Shown: positions 8,691-19,604 of the stretch, in pieces
Layout of the letters: each line of letters opens with the position of its first letter
Numbering within the stretch: the stretch's first letter is position 1
The notes under the pieces: model-generated
The model's database searches: none
Told to the model about the DNA's origin: nothing
What the model saw: only the letters and a program-made list of their open reading frames with translations
Source of the DNA: Promethearchaeota archaeon
GTDB taxonomy: Archaea; Asgardarchaeota; Lokiarchaeia; Sigyniarchaeales; SOKP01
Direction: 5' to 3'
NCBI GenBank assembly: GCA_019058445.1
Contig: JAHPZA010000006.1
Coordinates: 705,063-769,062 of the forward strand
DNA: 64,000 nt
Translations under genes and position numbers: made by a program

Positions 8691-10592
8691 ATGGGAAAAA
8701 TAATTGGAATTGATCTAGGAACATCCAACTCAGCAGCCGCTGTCCTGATTGGTGGCAAACCAACGATTATACCTAGTGCGGAAGGTCTTACTTTAGGGGG
8801 TAAAGCCTTTCCTTCGGTTGTAGCGTTTACAAAAGATGGCCAAAGATTAGTCGGTGAACCCGCAAGAAGGCAAGCGATTTCCAATCCAGATCGAACAATC
8901 ACAGCAATTAAAAGGAAAATGGGGACATCCTATAATGTTAATATTGACGGCAAAGAGTACACTCCTCAAGAGATTTCTGCGATGATTTTAAGGAAAATCA
9001 AAGAGGATGCGAGCGCGTATTTAGGCGAAGAAGTTACCGAAGCGATTATAACTGTTCCTGCATATTTTAACGATAACCAAAGACAAGCAACGAAAGATGC
9101 GGGAAAGATAGCTGGTTTGAATGTAAAACGATTAATCAACGAACCTACTGCTGCGGCAGTAGCATACGGCTTGGATAAAGATGACGTGAATTTAAGGATT
9201 GCGGTTTTGGATTTAGGCGGTGGTACTTTTGATGTAACTATCATGGAAATGGCTAATAAAGTTTTTGAAGTGATTTCGACGGCAGGAGATACGCAATTAG
9301 GCGGTACTGACATGGACAAAATTCTTGTTGAGTATATTGCTAATGAATTTAAGCAACAAGAGGGTTTTGATTTAACTAAAGATTCAATGGCGATGCAAAG
9401 AATTCGTGAGGCCGCTGAAAAGGCAAAAATAGAGTTATCAACTTCGATTACGACAGATATTAATCTACCTTATATAACTGCCACAAGCGATGGTCCAAAG
9501 CATCTCAACATGACTCTTACTCGAGCTAAATTGGAACAGTTGATTGACCCTGTATTAAAGAGATTAGATGCTCCAATTCTAAAAGCTTTAAAAGATGCTG
9601 GTATGGGTAGAGGAGATGTTGACAAAATCATACTAGTAGGTGGACCTACAAGGATGCCTATTGTCCAAAAGAAATTTGAAGATTTACTTGGCAAGGCTCC
9701 TGAGAGAAGTATTGATCCTATGGAATGTGTTGCGATGGGTGCTTCGATACAAGGTGGTGTCTTAACTGGTGAGGTGAAAGATTTACTTTTACTAGACGTC
9801 ACTCCATTGTCATTAGGCGTTGAGACTTTAGGAAATGTTTTTACTAAATTAATAGAAAGAAATACTACAATTCCAACAGAAAAGGTTGAAGTATTTTCTA
9901 CTGCAGCTGATAATCAACCAGCGGTAGAAATTCACGTACTACAAGGAGAGAGACCTAAAGCATCAGATAATATTACATTAGGGAAATTTCATTTGACCGG
10001 AATTCCCCCAGCGCCAAGAGGAGTACCTCAAATAGAAGTAAAATTCGATATTGATCAAAATGGAATACTCAATGTTTCGGCTAAAGACAAGGGAACTGGA
10101 AAAAGTCAATCAATAACCATAACTGCATCCACAAAATTATCTGAAGATGAAATTGAGCAAAAGGTTCGAGAGGCAGAAATGCACGCTGAAGAAGATAAAA
10201 GATTCAAAGAGTTGACTGAAGCGAAAAATCATGCAGAAGCATTAATCTATCAAACTGAGAAATTACTCAAAGAAAATGAAGCTGTAATAGGTGATTTAAA
10301 AGATCGAATATTACAAAAGATATCAGACTTACGGGGCGCTATGGAATCTGATGATGTACCCAGAATCAAAAAGGCTATGGAAGAACTTCAACAATCATTA
10401 CACGAAGTTTCAGCTCGAATGTATGGACAACAACAAGGACAAGGTCCAGGTGCGTATGCTGGAGCTCCACCTGGAGGAATGGGAGACACAGCACATACAT
10501 ATCAAGGAAAAACTCAAGACGAGATCGAAGAGGAACAATTCCGAAGAGCGAGTGGTCAGGACGACAACGTTGTAGACGCTGAGTATGAATAA
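8691..10592 (+). CDS. dnaK: Hsp70 chaperone DnaK
   Basis: Contains [34 protein letters not shown] and a full substrate-binding domain plus lid. Length is 633 aa. Confidence 0.97.
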   Translation: MGKIIGIDLGTSNSAAAVLIGGKPTIIPSAEGLTLGGKAFPSVVAFTKDGQRLVGEPARRQAISNPDRTITAIKRKMGTSYNVNIDGKEYTPQEISAMILRKIKEDASAYLGEEVTEAIITVPAYFNDNQRQATKDAGKIAGLNVKRLINEPTAAAVAYGLDKDDVNLRIAVLDLGGGTFDVTIMEMANKVFEVISTAGDTQLGGTDMDKILVEYIANEFKQQEGFDLTKDSMAMQRIREAAEKAKIELSTSITTDINLPYITATSDGPKHLNMTLTRAKLEQLIDPVLKRLDAPILKALKDAGMGRGDVDKIILVGGPTRMPIVQKKFEDLLGKAPERSIDPMECVAMGASIQGGVLTGEVKDLLLLDVTPLSLGVETLGNVFTKLIERNTTIPTEKVEVFSTAADNQPAVEIHVLQGERPKASDNITLGKFHLTGIPPAPRGVPQIEVKFDIDQNGILNVSAKDKGTGKSQSITITASTKLSEDEIEQKVREAEMHAEEDKRFKELTEAKNHAEALIYQTEKLLKENEAVIGDLKDRILQKISDLRGAMESDDVPRIKKAMEELQQSLHEVSARMYGQQQGQGPGAYAGAPPGGMGDTAHTYQGKTQDEIEEEQFRRASGQDDNVVDAEYE

Positions 10593-10673
10593 ATTGAATT
10601 TTTTTTTTTATATTATTATTTTATTTTTTTATTTTTTTTAAAAATCATGATTATATTAAAGGGGTTGTAAAAT

Positions 10674-11687
10674 ATGGCAAAAGATTATTATAAAATTCTT
10701 GGAATAGATAAAAGTGCATCAAAGGAAGAAATCAAAAGAGCATTTCGTAAAATGGCTCGTAAATATCATCCTGATGTAAATCCAGATGAACCAAAATCAG
10801 GTGAAAAATTTAAAGAGATTAACGAGGCCTATGGAATTTTAAGTGATGATAAAAAAAGAGAAATGTATGATAAATTTGGAGTTGTAGAGGGAGATCCTTC
10901 TTCATATAAACAATGGGGAGGAGGAGTTCCAGGAGGAGGACAGGCTTATCGATCGCCGGATGGAACAACCTATTATTATTCAACTTCGGGACCACCGGGA
11001 GGATTTGATTTTAGTGAAATATTTGGCAACCATAAAAATTCTCGAGGTGGTTCTGGGGGATTTGATTTTTTTAATGATTTAGGAGATATATTTGACGTAT
11101 TTTCCAATAGAGGGGGAAGCACAAGAGCGAGATCAAGTCCATTTAGGGATAGATCCCGGGAAGGTGATGACTTGCGTTATGATATGGAAATAGAGTTTAT
11201 AGATGCTTTTTATGGAGGAGAAAGAAGGATTCAATATAGGGATCCTATATCCGGGCAGACTCAAAAGTTAAAAGTAAAAATACCTAGAGGAATCAGGGAT
11301 GATCAAAAATTAAGACTTAAAGGAAAAGGAATGCCTGGAGAAAATGGAGGCGCCCCAGGAGATTTATATATTTCAGTTCATGTGAAAAACCACCCAATAT
11401 TTGAGAGAAAAGATGATGATTTATATGTTGTTCAAGAGGTTCCTTTTACAACAGCGGCACTTGGAGGTAAAATACAAGTACCTGGTGTAGAAAAGACTCT
11501 AAACGTTACCGTGCCAAAAGGAACTCATGATTCTTCTGTTTTAAGATTAAAAAATCAAGGATTTTACAAGATTAACTCTAATAATGAACGAGGTAATCTT
11601 TTGGTTGAGATAAAAGTTAAAGTTCCAAATAAGTTGAATAAGACTCAAAAAGAATTATTAGAGAAATTAAAACAAACAGGTTTATAG
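10674..11687 (+). CDS. dnaJ: DnaJ-family co-chaperone, class II (J domain and G/F region, no zinc-finger domain)
   Basis: [34 protein letters not shown] carries the HPD motif. A Gly/Phe-rich linker and C-terminal beta domains follow. No CxxCxGxG repeats occur anywhere in the 337 aa. Confidence 0.9.
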   Translation: MAKDYYKILGIDKSASKEEIKRAFRKMARKYHPDVNPDEPKSGEKFKEINEAYGILSDDKKREMYDKFGVVEGDPSSYKQWGGGVPGGGQAYRSPDGTTYYYSTSGPPGGFDFSEIFGNHKNSRGGSGGFDFFNDLGDIFDVFSNRGGSTRARSSPFRDRSREGDDLRYDMEIEFIDAFYGGERRIQYRDPISGQTQKLKVKIPRGIRDDQKLRLKGKGMPGENGGAPGDLYISVHVKNHPIFERKDDDLYVVQEVPFTTAALGGKIQVPGVEKTLNVTVPKGTHDSSVLRLKNQGFYKINSNNERGNLLVEIKVKVPNKLNKTQKELLEKLKQTGL

Positions 11688-11702
11688 GAGTGTGATTTTA
11701 AA

Positions 11703-14318
11703 ATGATGAAATTTGATAAATTCACGATTAAAGTTCAAGAAGCCTTAGTGGCCACTCAGTCATTGGCTCGAAATAATGATAATCAACAAATTGAGCCGAT
11801 TCATTTGTTAATTTCTTTTATAGAACAACCAGATGGAATTGCTACTCCACTTTTTCAGAAATTAGGTATTAATATTCAACAAATTTCAGAAGAACTAAGG
11901 AATGAATTAGATAAATTACCTAAAGTAACCGGATCAGGAGCAACAGATGTTGTTTTATCTTCGAATTCAAGTAATTTATTTGATAGCGCATGGAAAGAAG
12001 CAGAAATTTTAAGAGATCAATACCTTAGTACGGAACATTTGCTATTAGCTATGGCGGCTAATAATAAATTACCCCTCTATAATCTATTACAAAGGTATGG
12101 AATAAGTAAAGATCGAATACTACAAGCATTAAAGAGTATAAGGGGATCTCAAACTATTACTGATCAAGACCCTGAGGGAAAGTATCAAGCGATTGAAAAA
12201 TATAGTAGAAATCTTACTGACTTAGCAAGACGAGGCAAAATTGATCCTGTAATTGGAAGAGATGATGAAATAAGGAGGGTTATGCATATTCTTTCGAGAA
12301 GAACTAAAAATAATCCCGTTTTAATCGGAGAAGCGGGAGTAGGTAAAACAGCAATAGTTGAGGGGCTTGCTCAAAGAGTTGCGAATAATGATGTACCAGA
12401 TGCTTTAAAGGAAAAAGATATAGTTGCACTAGATTTAGCCGCTATGATAGCTGGAGCCAAATATAGAGGAGAATTTGAAGACCGACTAAAAGCCTTTTTA
12501 AAAGAAATAGAAAAAGGAGCAGGCAGATACATTTTATTTATTGATGAGTTGCACACGTTAGTTGGAGCTGGAGCTGCTCAAGGTGCAATTGATGCTTCAA
12601 ATATGCTAAAACCCGCATTAGCCAGAGGTGAATTGAGAGCAATTGGAGCTACCACTTTAGATGAATATCGTAAGTATATTGAAAAAGATGCGGCTTTAAC
12701 TCGTAGATTTCAAACTGTATATGTAGCTGAACCTTCTGTTGAAGATTCTATAGCTATTTTAAGAGGGTTAAAGGAGAAATATGAAATTCATCATGGAGTT
12801 CGCATTACCGATTCCGCTATTATAGCTGCGGTAACATTATCTCATAGATATATCTCAGATAGATTTTTGCCTGATAAGGCAATAGATTTGATGGACGAAG
12901 CAGCCTCTCGCTTAAGAATTGAGATCGATTCAATGCCTACCGAAATAGATGAGCTTGAGAGAAAGATTATTCAGCTGGAAATTCAAAAAGAAGCTCTTAA
13001 AAAAGAAAATGATAAATCCTGTGCTGAAAAAATGCAGAAAATTGACGAAGAATTACATAATTTACGTGAAGAAAGTGATAAAATGAAAATTCAATGGAGA
13101 AACGAAAAAGAAACCATTACGAAAATTAATGATGTTAAAAAGAAAATGGAAACAACAAAGCTGGAAGCTGAGAGGGCGGAAAAAAGAGGAGATTTAGAAA
13201 AAGCAGCAGAATTAACATACGGAGTTCTAAATGAATTGAACAAGCAATTAAAGCAATATAATGAAGAACTAGCTAACATTCAAAAAAATAAAACTATGCT
13301 AAAACAAGAAGTCGACGAAGAAGATATTGCAGGAATTATTTCTCAGTGGACAGGTATTCCTGTTTCAAGAATGTTAGAAGGTGAACGGGAAAAACTCTTA
13401 AAGATGGAAAATCGTTTGAAAAACAGAGTGATTGGACAAGATGAAGCCCTTACCAAAATATCAAATGCAATAAGGCGAGCCAGGGCAGGGATTCAAGATC
13501 CAAATAGACCAATTGGTACTTTTATTTTCTTAGGACCTACTGGTGTTGGAAAAACGGAAACTGCAAAAGCATTGGCAGAATTTCTATTTGATGATGAAAA
13601 TGCGATGGTTCGAATCGATATGTCCGAATATATGGAAAGACATAGTGTTGCACGTTTAATTGGGGCTCCACCCGGATACGTTGGATATGATGAAGGTGGC
13701 TATCTAACTGAATCAGTACGCAGAAGACCTTATGCGGTGATTTTGTTTGATGAAATTGAAAAGGCTCATCCGGAAGTATTTAATATATTTTTACAAATCA
13801 CGGGGGAAGGGCGTTTAACTGATGGTCACGGCAGGACTGTTGATTTTACAAACACTGTTATTATCATGACAAGCAATATAGGAGGTCAATTAATTTTAGA
13901 AACTAGAAATGACAATAGTAGTAAAGTTAATGAATTAATCATGAATCTTTTAAAAAAACATTTTCGACCAGAATTTTTGAACCGCATTGATGATATAATA
14001 ATCTTTGATTTCTTAAAAGAAGAACAAATTAAGCAAATAGTAGATATTCAAATTAGAGAATTGAACAAGACTTTATCAAATCATAAAATCCAATTGAAAA
14101 TTACAGAAAATGCAAAAAATTTTCTTGCTGAAAAAGGTTTCGATCCTGACTATGGGGCTCGACCTCTTAAAAGAGCGATTCAAAGTTACATTCAAAATCC
14201 TTTATCATTAAAATTATTGGAAGGCGAAATCATTGAGGATGATATAATTGAAATTGATGTTAATTCGAAAGATTCTCTCAAATTTAATAAGACAACAAAG
14301 ATAATGAACAGGAAATAA
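11703..14318 (+). CDS. clpB: AAA+ disaggregase ClpB
   Basis: Clp_N repeats, two Walker A boxes ([30 protein letters not shown]), a long coiled-coil M-domain between them, and C-terminal [10 protein letters not shown]. Confidence 0.95.
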   Translation: MMKFDKFTIKVQEALVATQSLARNNDNQQIEPIHLLISFIEQPDGIATPLFQKLGINIQQISEELRNELDKLPKVTGSGATDVVLSSNSSNLFDSAWKEAEILRDQYLSTEHLLLAMAANNKLPLYNLLQRYGISKDRILQALKSIRGSQTITDQDPEGKYQAIEKYSRNLTDLARRGKIDPVIGRDDEIRRVMHILSRRTKNNPVLIGEAGVGKTAIVEGLAQRVANNDVPDALKEKDIVALDLAAMIAGAKYRGEFEDRLKAFLKEIEKGAGRYILFIDELHTLVGAGAAQGAIDASNMLKPALARGELRAIGATTLDEYRKYIEKDAALTRRFQTVYVAEPSVEDSIAILRGLKEKYEIHHGVRITDSAIIAAVTLSHRYISDRFLPDKAIDLMDEAASRLRIEIDSMPTEIDELERKIIQLEIQKEALKKENDKSCAEKMQKIDEELHNLREESDKMKIQWRNEKETITKINDVKKKMETTKLEAERAEKRGDLEKAAELTYGVLNELNKQLKQYNEELANIQKNKTMLKQEVDEEDIAGIISQWTGIPVSRMLEGEREKLLKMENRLKNRVIGQDEALTKISNAIRRARAGIQDPNRPIGTFIFLGPTGVGKTETAKALAEFLFDDENAMVRIDMSEYMERHSVARLIGAPPGYVGYDEGGYLTESVRRRPYAVILFDEIEKAHPEVFNIFLQITGEGRLTDGHGRTVDFTNTVIIMTSNIGGQLILETRNDNSSKVNELIMNLLKKHFRPEFLNRIDDIIIFDFLKEEQIKQIVDIQIRELNKTLSNHKIQLKITENAKNFLAEKGFDPDYGARPLKRAIQSYIQNPLSLKLLEGEIIEDDIIEIDVNSKDSLKFNKTTKIMNRK

Positions 14319-14331
14319 TTTTAAAAGATCC

Positions 14332-14347
14332 TTTTTTATTTATTTTT
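14332..14347 (+). terminator. Oligo-T tract downstream of clpB (archaeal-type terminator candidate)
   Basis: ttttttatttattttt lies 14 nt after the clpB stop. T-tracts are common in this AT-rich DNA, so specificity is low. Confidence 0.25.
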
Positions 14348-14473
14348 AAAATTTTAATATAATAAGATTATAAACATAGATTACTAATTTTATTAAAGAT
14401 GAAGTGAAGTTTTAAGTAATAGATTTACAATCTTGTTTTATTTAATATTATCCCAGAATTAATAACTTTAATT

Positions 14474-15895
14474 CTAAATATAATCATCTATGGTTCTATT
14501 ATTATTCGCAAAATTACGATGAACATATTGTGGCATTATAGGTAAAGTAATTCCCGTCTTTTGTTCAAATTCTCTTATAATATAATTTTGAATTATATCG
14601 GGATGACTCATGTTTATATCAATTTTTTGAGGTACAATAGTAAGAATTATTCCATTTTTGTTACACAAGTCTTCTTTTTCCCTATCCCACATTTGCTGTT
14701 GGACAAATTCTTGATAAGTTTTATGAAAATAGTTAGGAAATTCATCATGTTGTATACCATTGAATTCAAAAGCTAATTTAATCCTTACTCCATTAATAAT
14801 AAGAACAGAATATCCATCTAAATGCATATTTCCCTTATAAGAAGGTAAAATTTGACTTATTTTTGTATTTGGAAATTTAGACTTGAAAATCTGTTCAAAA
14901 TACCAACGGCAAATTCTTTCATACTCATTTTGAGAGCATAAAGGACACCAATGCCATTGATTTAAACGATCTCCATTTGTTTCAAATGGATCATGATCTA
15001 ATATTCCACACCATATAATTAAGGGAATTAAACTTGGGGGTTTTTTTAGCTTCTCCCCTAATCTTAAAAATTCAATTTCACTCTTAGGATTCAATAATTT
15101 TCCTTTAATTCCTGTTTTACTTAAACCAATGTCATCTATGAGTTTCAAAATAAAACTAAATGTATATTTAATTAAACTTTCATCATAGCACTTACGACAC
15201 CATTTTTCTTGATTTAAATAATCCCAAATAGTAATAAAGCTTTCATGTTTATCATCCCCACACCACACCTCCACAGGAGCCTTACTAGGTTTAATTTTTT
15301 CTGTAATTTTTGCGAATTCTTCAAAACTAGTTTGCAAAATACCTTCTCTTCCCGATTTCTTTAAACCTAAATCTCTCACTTTTAGTTCTATTTGATTGTA
15401 TTTTATTTTTCTACTATCAATGTAACATTGTCTACACCATTTGTTTTGGTTTAATCGGTCCCAATTTGTTATAAAATACTCATGATTAGAAATCCCGCAC
15501 CAAACTTCTACATGTGCTAAACTAGGGATTATATTGACAATTGAGTCTTCAAATTCTTCACGATTGGTTATCAATATACCCGCTTTACCCGTTTTTTTCA
15601 ATCCGAGTTCTTTTACTTTTTTTTCAATTTTATAAAAATTAATGACCCTTTTATCATCATAACATTGTCTACACCATTTATTTTGCTTTAATCGGTCCCA
15701 TATTGTTATAAAATACTCATGAGTAGAAGTCCCACACCAAACTTCTACAGGTAATTTACTAAGATAATATTTTTTTGCCAATTCTGCAAATTTTTCAATA
15801 CTAGTTATTAATATGCCTTCCTTTCCCGATCTCATTTTGCCTACTTGCTTTACTTTTTGTTTAATCTTTTCATATGCTTTAGTTATTTCACTCAT
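14474..15895 (-). CDS. Four tandem zinc-ribbon (DUF4379-like, W-C...H...W-C-x-x-C) repeats fused to a C-terminal Vsr/DUF559-like PD-(D/E)xK-fold nuclease domain
   Basis: Four ~78-aa repeats: VEVWCGTSTHEYFITIWDRLKQNKWCRQC, VEVWCGISNHEYFITNWDRLNQNKWCRQC, VEVWCGDDKHESFITIWDYLNQEKWCRKC, LIIWCGILDHDPFETNGDRLNQWHWCPLC. The C-terminus ...MHLDGYSVLIINGVRIKLAFEFNGIQHDEF...DREKEDLCNKNGIILTIVP matches the h-D-G-Y...h-A-h-E-a-x-G-x-Q-H...D-x-x-K pattern of this nuclease fold. Confidence 0.5.
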   Translation of the reverse strand: MSEITKAYEKIKQKVKQVGKMRSGKEGILITSIEKFAELAKKYYLSKLPVEVWCGTSTHEYFITIWDRLKQNKWCRQCYDDKRVINFYKIEKKVKELGLKKTGKAGILITNREEFEDSIVNIIPSLAHVEVWCGISNHEYFITNWDRLNQNKWCRQCYIDSRKIKYNQIELKVRDLGLKKSGREGILQTSFEEFAKITEKIKPSKAPVEVWCGDDKHESFITIWDYLNQEKWCRKCYDESLIKYTFSFILKLIDDIGLSKTGIKGKLLNPKSEIEFLRLGEKLKKPPSLIPLIIWCGILDHDPFETNGDRLNQWHWCPLCSQNEYERICRWYFEQIFKSKFPNTKISQILPSYKGNMHLDGYSVLIINGVRIKLAFEFNGIQHDEFPNYFHKTYQEFVQQQMWDREKEDLCNKNGIILTIVPQKIDINMSHPDIIQNYIIREFEQKTGITLPIMPQYVHRNFANNNRTIDDYI

Positions 15896-16227
15896 AGTTT
15901 TGTTTTTATTTTTTTTCCCTTTAATAAAAATCTAAAAATACACTAATAAAAATCTTTGCTTAAATTGATTGAACATATATATATAATTTTTTTATTTAAA
16001 TAGAACTGGATTTTCATTGATAAAATTTTTTCTTTATTTATATCCAATGTATATTTTCTTATTAAATAAGATTATCCCTCCCAATTTTGATTTATAAATA
16101 ATTTTAAATTAAAAATTTTAAAAAAATTGAAATTTACTCCTAGAACAATTCATTAAATTCTTCTATCTAATTTCGATTTTTATCTTTTTTAATCTGACCC
16201 AACTCGAAGCGGAATTTAAGAATAGTT

Positions 16228-16689
16228 TTACGTTTTTTGTTTTTGTGTTTTATATGCGTCCGTTACTGCGCCATAAATTATGCTTATAATCACTAATATA
16301 AAACCAATCCAAATTATCGCACTTATGAGATAAATATAAGTATCAAGAGAGTTTTTTGGAATTAATGCTAATATATAAATTAAGGTTATCCCAGAAATTA
16401 AAACTAACAACCCTCCCGCAATCAATAAATTTCCAGCTATTTTGGCTTTTTTTTTATTGACATAATCAGGTTTTTTGTACTTATCTGGTCTTTTCTTAAT
16501 ATCTAAAATGCTAGCTAAGACTCCCATAGATAAGATAATAACAAAGCACGTTATCAGAATAAATAACCATCTATGTTCTTCAGTTTCAGTACTTGCCTCA
16601 AGGAAATTAATACCGCTAATGAATGCAATTATCCCTAATATTATGCCTACTATAATACTCATCCATAAATAAAATTTTTCAAAATCCAT
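16228..16689 (-). CDS. Hypothetical membrane protein (4 predicted TM helices)
   Basis: Hydrophobic segments separated by the basic loop KKRPDKYKKPDYVNKKK. No motif recognised. Confidence 0.4.
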   Translation of the reverse strand: MDFEKFYLWMSIIVGIILGIIAFISGINFLEASTETEEHRWLFILITCFVIILSMGVLASILDIKKRPDKYKKPDYVNKKKAKIAGNLLIAGGLLVLISGITLIYILALIPKNSLDTYIYLISAIIWIGFILVIISIIYGAVTDAYKTQKQKT

Positions 16690-17151
16690 TTTATCCCTCC
16701 ATGTTGTTTGCAGGATAAGAATATATTGGGATTATAAAAAATATTGCTCCTGCACATAATATAATCAATCAACTCCAAATTAGCATTATTAAGGTAGACA
16801 TTTTATACTCTCACATTGTCAAAAAAGCCGTTGAGATACGATTATATAGCTTGTAATTATATATCATACTTTATCTGTATTTATAAAATAATTTAAAATA
16901 TATTATTATTAATTTTCTAAAGTTGATTTCTCTAAATATTATATGGTTCCAAATCGCAAGGTTTAAATAGTTGAATTCACAAATGTAATTGTGATATTGT
17001 AAAAAAGGGGTTGACAAAGATAGATTTACAGATTTAAATAAAATGAGTTGATTTTTGAAAAATTAAGAGAGGTATTGAAATAAAAATATTATGGTGATGT
17101 TATTACATTATTTTTTTTTAAAAAATTTAATAAAAGTGAAAAAAAGAGGTT

Positions 17152-18048
17152 ATTATTATAAGCGCGCTTTCAGATATAAGTAAAAGTGTAAATATCTGTC
17201 CCGAGTGTGGGGGACAAATTATAGCTCTCCCTGAAAACGGAGAGATAGTATGTGGTGATTGTGGGTTAGTTGTAAGTGAAAGAATGGTAGATTATTCACA
17301 TAGTGGTAAAAGGGCCTTTACAACACAAGAAAAAAATAATAGAGAAAGAACTGGCTCGCCAGTCTCAATTTTATTGCCAACAATGGGATTAACAACCGTC
17401 ATTGATAAAAAAAGTATTATTAATCCCGATTTAAAGAGAGCTGCCAAATGGAATTCAAGAATGACGTGGCAGAACCGGAATTTATTAATCGCATCCACAG
17501 AACTAAAGAGAATTAGTAGTAATTTAGATTTACCAGATCATATAAAAAAGGAAGCTATGCGCCTTTATAGAGAAGCTTTCAAATTAAAATTATTAAGAGG
17601 AAGATCCATTAATGGAATGGTTGCTGCAAGTATATACTACGCTTGCAGAAAAAAAGGATTTCCTCGAACGCTCCAAGAAATTTTAGATGAAACATCAGAA
17701 AATGCTAAAGATGTGCGAAGGTGTTACCGAGCCTTAATTAAAGAATTAAATTTAAAAGTTCCAAATACAGATCCTTTATCCCTTATTCCAAAGTATATTT
17801 CTGCATTGGACTTAGATTTAGAGATTGAAGAATTAGTAAGAAAAATTTTAAAGGTCTATAAAGCTAATATTTCGACAAGCGGAAAAGATCCTAAAGGAAT
17901 TGTGGCAGGGACATTATATTTAGCATGTAAAATAAAGAAATTTAATATTACACAAAAAACAATCGCAGATACAGTTGGAGTGACTGAAGTAACTCTTCGT
18001 TCACGATATAAAGAACTAATTAAGAAGTTAAATATTCGTATAGAATAG
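17152..18048 (+). CDS. tfb: Transcription initiation factor B (TFB/TFIIB), with a probable non-AUG start
   Basis: Two cyclin-fold repeats (GRSINGMVAASIYYACRKKGFPRTLQEI, PKGIVAGTLYLACKIKKFNITQKTIA). The in-frame region upstream of the first ATG (17284) encodes an intact Zn-ribbon, CPECGGQIIALPENGEIVCGDCGLVV. The frame is open back to the stop at 17137-17139 and has no ATG/GTG/TTG. ATT/ATA codons at 17152-17160 follow GAGGT (17146-17150). The exact start is uncertain. Confidence 0.85.
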   Translation: MIISALSDISKSVNICPECGGQIIALPENGEIVCGDCGLVVSERMVDYSHSGKRAFTTQEKNNRERTGSPVSILLPTMGLTTVIDKKSIINPDLKRAAKWNSRMTWQNRNLLIASTELKRISSNLDLPDHIKKEAMRLYREAFKLKLLRGRSINGMVAASIYYACRKKGFPRTLQEILDETSENAKDVRRCYRALIKELNLKVPNTDPLSLIPKYISALDLDLEIEELVRKILKVYKANISTSGKDPKGIVAGTLYLACKIKKFNITQKTIADTVGVTEVTLRSRYKELIKKLNIRIE

Positions 18049-18191
18049 AGCAATTCTATGTGAAATCACGCTCACCTACACTTTTCTCATGAATAGATGC
18101 CTTTTTTGTGGCTTTTCAATTTCATTTAAATCAGAAGCAAGTAGAAGTACAAATGGAAAGATTGAGGATGTTAGCTAAAATTAAATAATTT

Positions 18192-18866
18192 TTGAATATT
18201 TTTCTTAATATGGAACGAGATATTGATTTGACACAAAAAATTAGAAAATATTGTAAAAAAATTGGGGTAGATGTAGTAGGGTTTGCTGATCCAAAGCATT
18301 TTGACCGTTTTCCTAAAACTAATCGACCAGAAAGTTATTTAAAAGATTCACAAACAGTAATTATTCTCGGTAAACATTTATATGATATAATGCTAGACGC
18401 TTATTATCAACCCCCAAAATCAAGGAAATATTTTCATTTTGCTGATTCTATATTAGAAACATTATGTTATAAGGTAAAGGACTTTCTTAACGAAAAAGGA
18501 TATTCCTCTAAAATAATTTCATACAATCCTGGATTTTATTTAAAAGATATTTCCGCTCTGGCAGGAATTGGACCAATTGGGAAAAACAATTTGCTTATAA
18601 CAGAAAGATTTGGCTCTCAAGTACGTTTAAGGGCATTAACCACTACTGCGCCTCTTGAATGCGGAATACCTATAACCAATAGCAAATATTGTGAGAATTG
18701 TAGTCTTTGCATTAAAGCTTGTCCTGCTCAAGCGTTTTCAGAGGGAAGATATAATAAGGAAAAGTGTTTAAACTATAACTTTTCAAATTTAAAAAAACTC
18801 TCAGAAAGTATTTCAATTTGGTGTAATGTGTGTATTGAGTCATGCCCAGTGGGAAAAAGGGATTAA
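18192..18866 (+). CDS. 4Fe-4S di-cluster protein, epoxyqueuosine-reductase (QueG)/reductive-dehalogenase-like
   Basis: N-terminal GVDVVGFADPKHFDRFP and C-terminal CENCSLCIKACPAQAF ... CNVCIESCPVGK. It is shorter than canonical QueG. The likely start is ATG 18210. Confidence 0.45.
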   Translation: MNIFLNMERDIDLTQKIRKYCKKIGVDVVGFADPKHFDRFPKTNRPESYLKDSQTVIILGKHLYDIMLDAYYQPPKSRKYFHFADSILETLCYKVKDFLNEKGYSSKIISYNPGFYLKDISALAGIGPIGKNNLLITERFGSQVRLRALTTTAPLECGIPITNSKYCENCSLCIKACPAQAFSEGRYNKEKCLNYNFSNLKKLSESISIWCNVCIESCPVGKRD

Positions 18867-18949
18867 ATAAAGTAAAAAAACTTATTATACAGAAGCAAGT
18901 TAATTAAACTATTAAATAAATTCTACTACTGAATTAAAAAGAAATGATT

Positions 18950-19531
18950 TTAGATTTTAGATTTTTTGTCTTTTTCTAATTTTTCCCACTCTTCATATTG
19001 TTTATCCAGCATATTTATGAAACTAGAAATTGTATCTTGATTTATTATTAAATAATCACCATCAATAATAAAATCAAAGCGATCCGCCCATTCAATTAAT
19101 TGAATATCGAATGATTTTTTATCTAAATCAAGCGCATTTCTCATCATTTCAATATTCACACGATTTGAAACCTTAACTATTTTTTTTATTTTTTCTAATT
19201 TACCTTTTTCTGAAATAATTAAGATGTCCTTTAGCTTATCAAGTTGAATTTCCTCTCGTTCTAAAACTTGTTCAGCCCGTTTTATTTCAACATCTTCTTT
19301 ATATTTGAGATGTTCAATTTCTTGGCTTAACTTATCTTTTTTAATGTATTTTTTATTTAGCTTATTATCAATAATGCAAATAGGTACTGAGAGTAAAATT
19401 ATAATTGCTAAAATGAACGCACCTAACTCCAAATAGAAATAATTCTTATAAACATTAATCAATATTGTAAATAAAATGAGCAATGATATAATCAAAATTA
19501 TCCAGAATATCGTTAGCTTAAATTTTATCAT
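18950..19531 (-). CDS. Membrane-anchored coiled-coil protein with a C-terminal winged-helix-like domain (paralog 1 of 3; DDRGK1-like architecture)
   Basis: Two N-terminal TM helices, a charged coiled coil (EIEHLKYKEDVEIKRAEQVLEREEIQLDKLK), then VSNRVNIEMMRNALDLDKKSFDIQLIEWADRFDFIIDGDYLIINQDTISSFINMLDKQYEEWEK. Confidence 0.55.
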   Translation of the reverse strand: MIKFKLTIFWIILIISLLILFTILINVYKNYFYLELGAFILAIIILLSVPICIIDNKLNKKYIKKDKLSQEIEHLKYKEDVEIKRAEQVLEREEIQLDKLKDILIISEKGKLEKIKKIVKVSNRVNIEMMRNALDLDKKSFDIQLIEWADRFDFIIDGDYLIINQDTISSFINMLDKQYEEWEKLEKDKKSKI

Positions 19532-19604
19532 TTTTCTTCAAGTATTTTTCATTCCTTTATGGTAGACAATTTAAATTTTAGAATGTGATGTAAAATATTT
19601 AATG

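Noticed and set aside
8531-10575. ORF-track entries antisense to or overlapping dnaK (8531..8902, 8966..9319, 9470..9802, 10351..10575), and similar ones inside clpB, the E1, FAD oxidases and others
   Set aside because: They are shadow ORFs within strongly supported genes. They show low-complexity, Ser/Pro/Leu-biased translations and no motifs.
17091-17181. Upstream ATG at 17091 (MVMLLHYFFLKNLIKVKKRGYYYKRAFRYK*) as exon 1 of tfb joined by a BHB intron
   Set aside because: It is in a different frame, and I could not find a 4-bp H helix with flanking 3-nt bulges that would join it to the Zn-ribbon frame. The region is almost pure A/T, so any pairing would be unconvincing.
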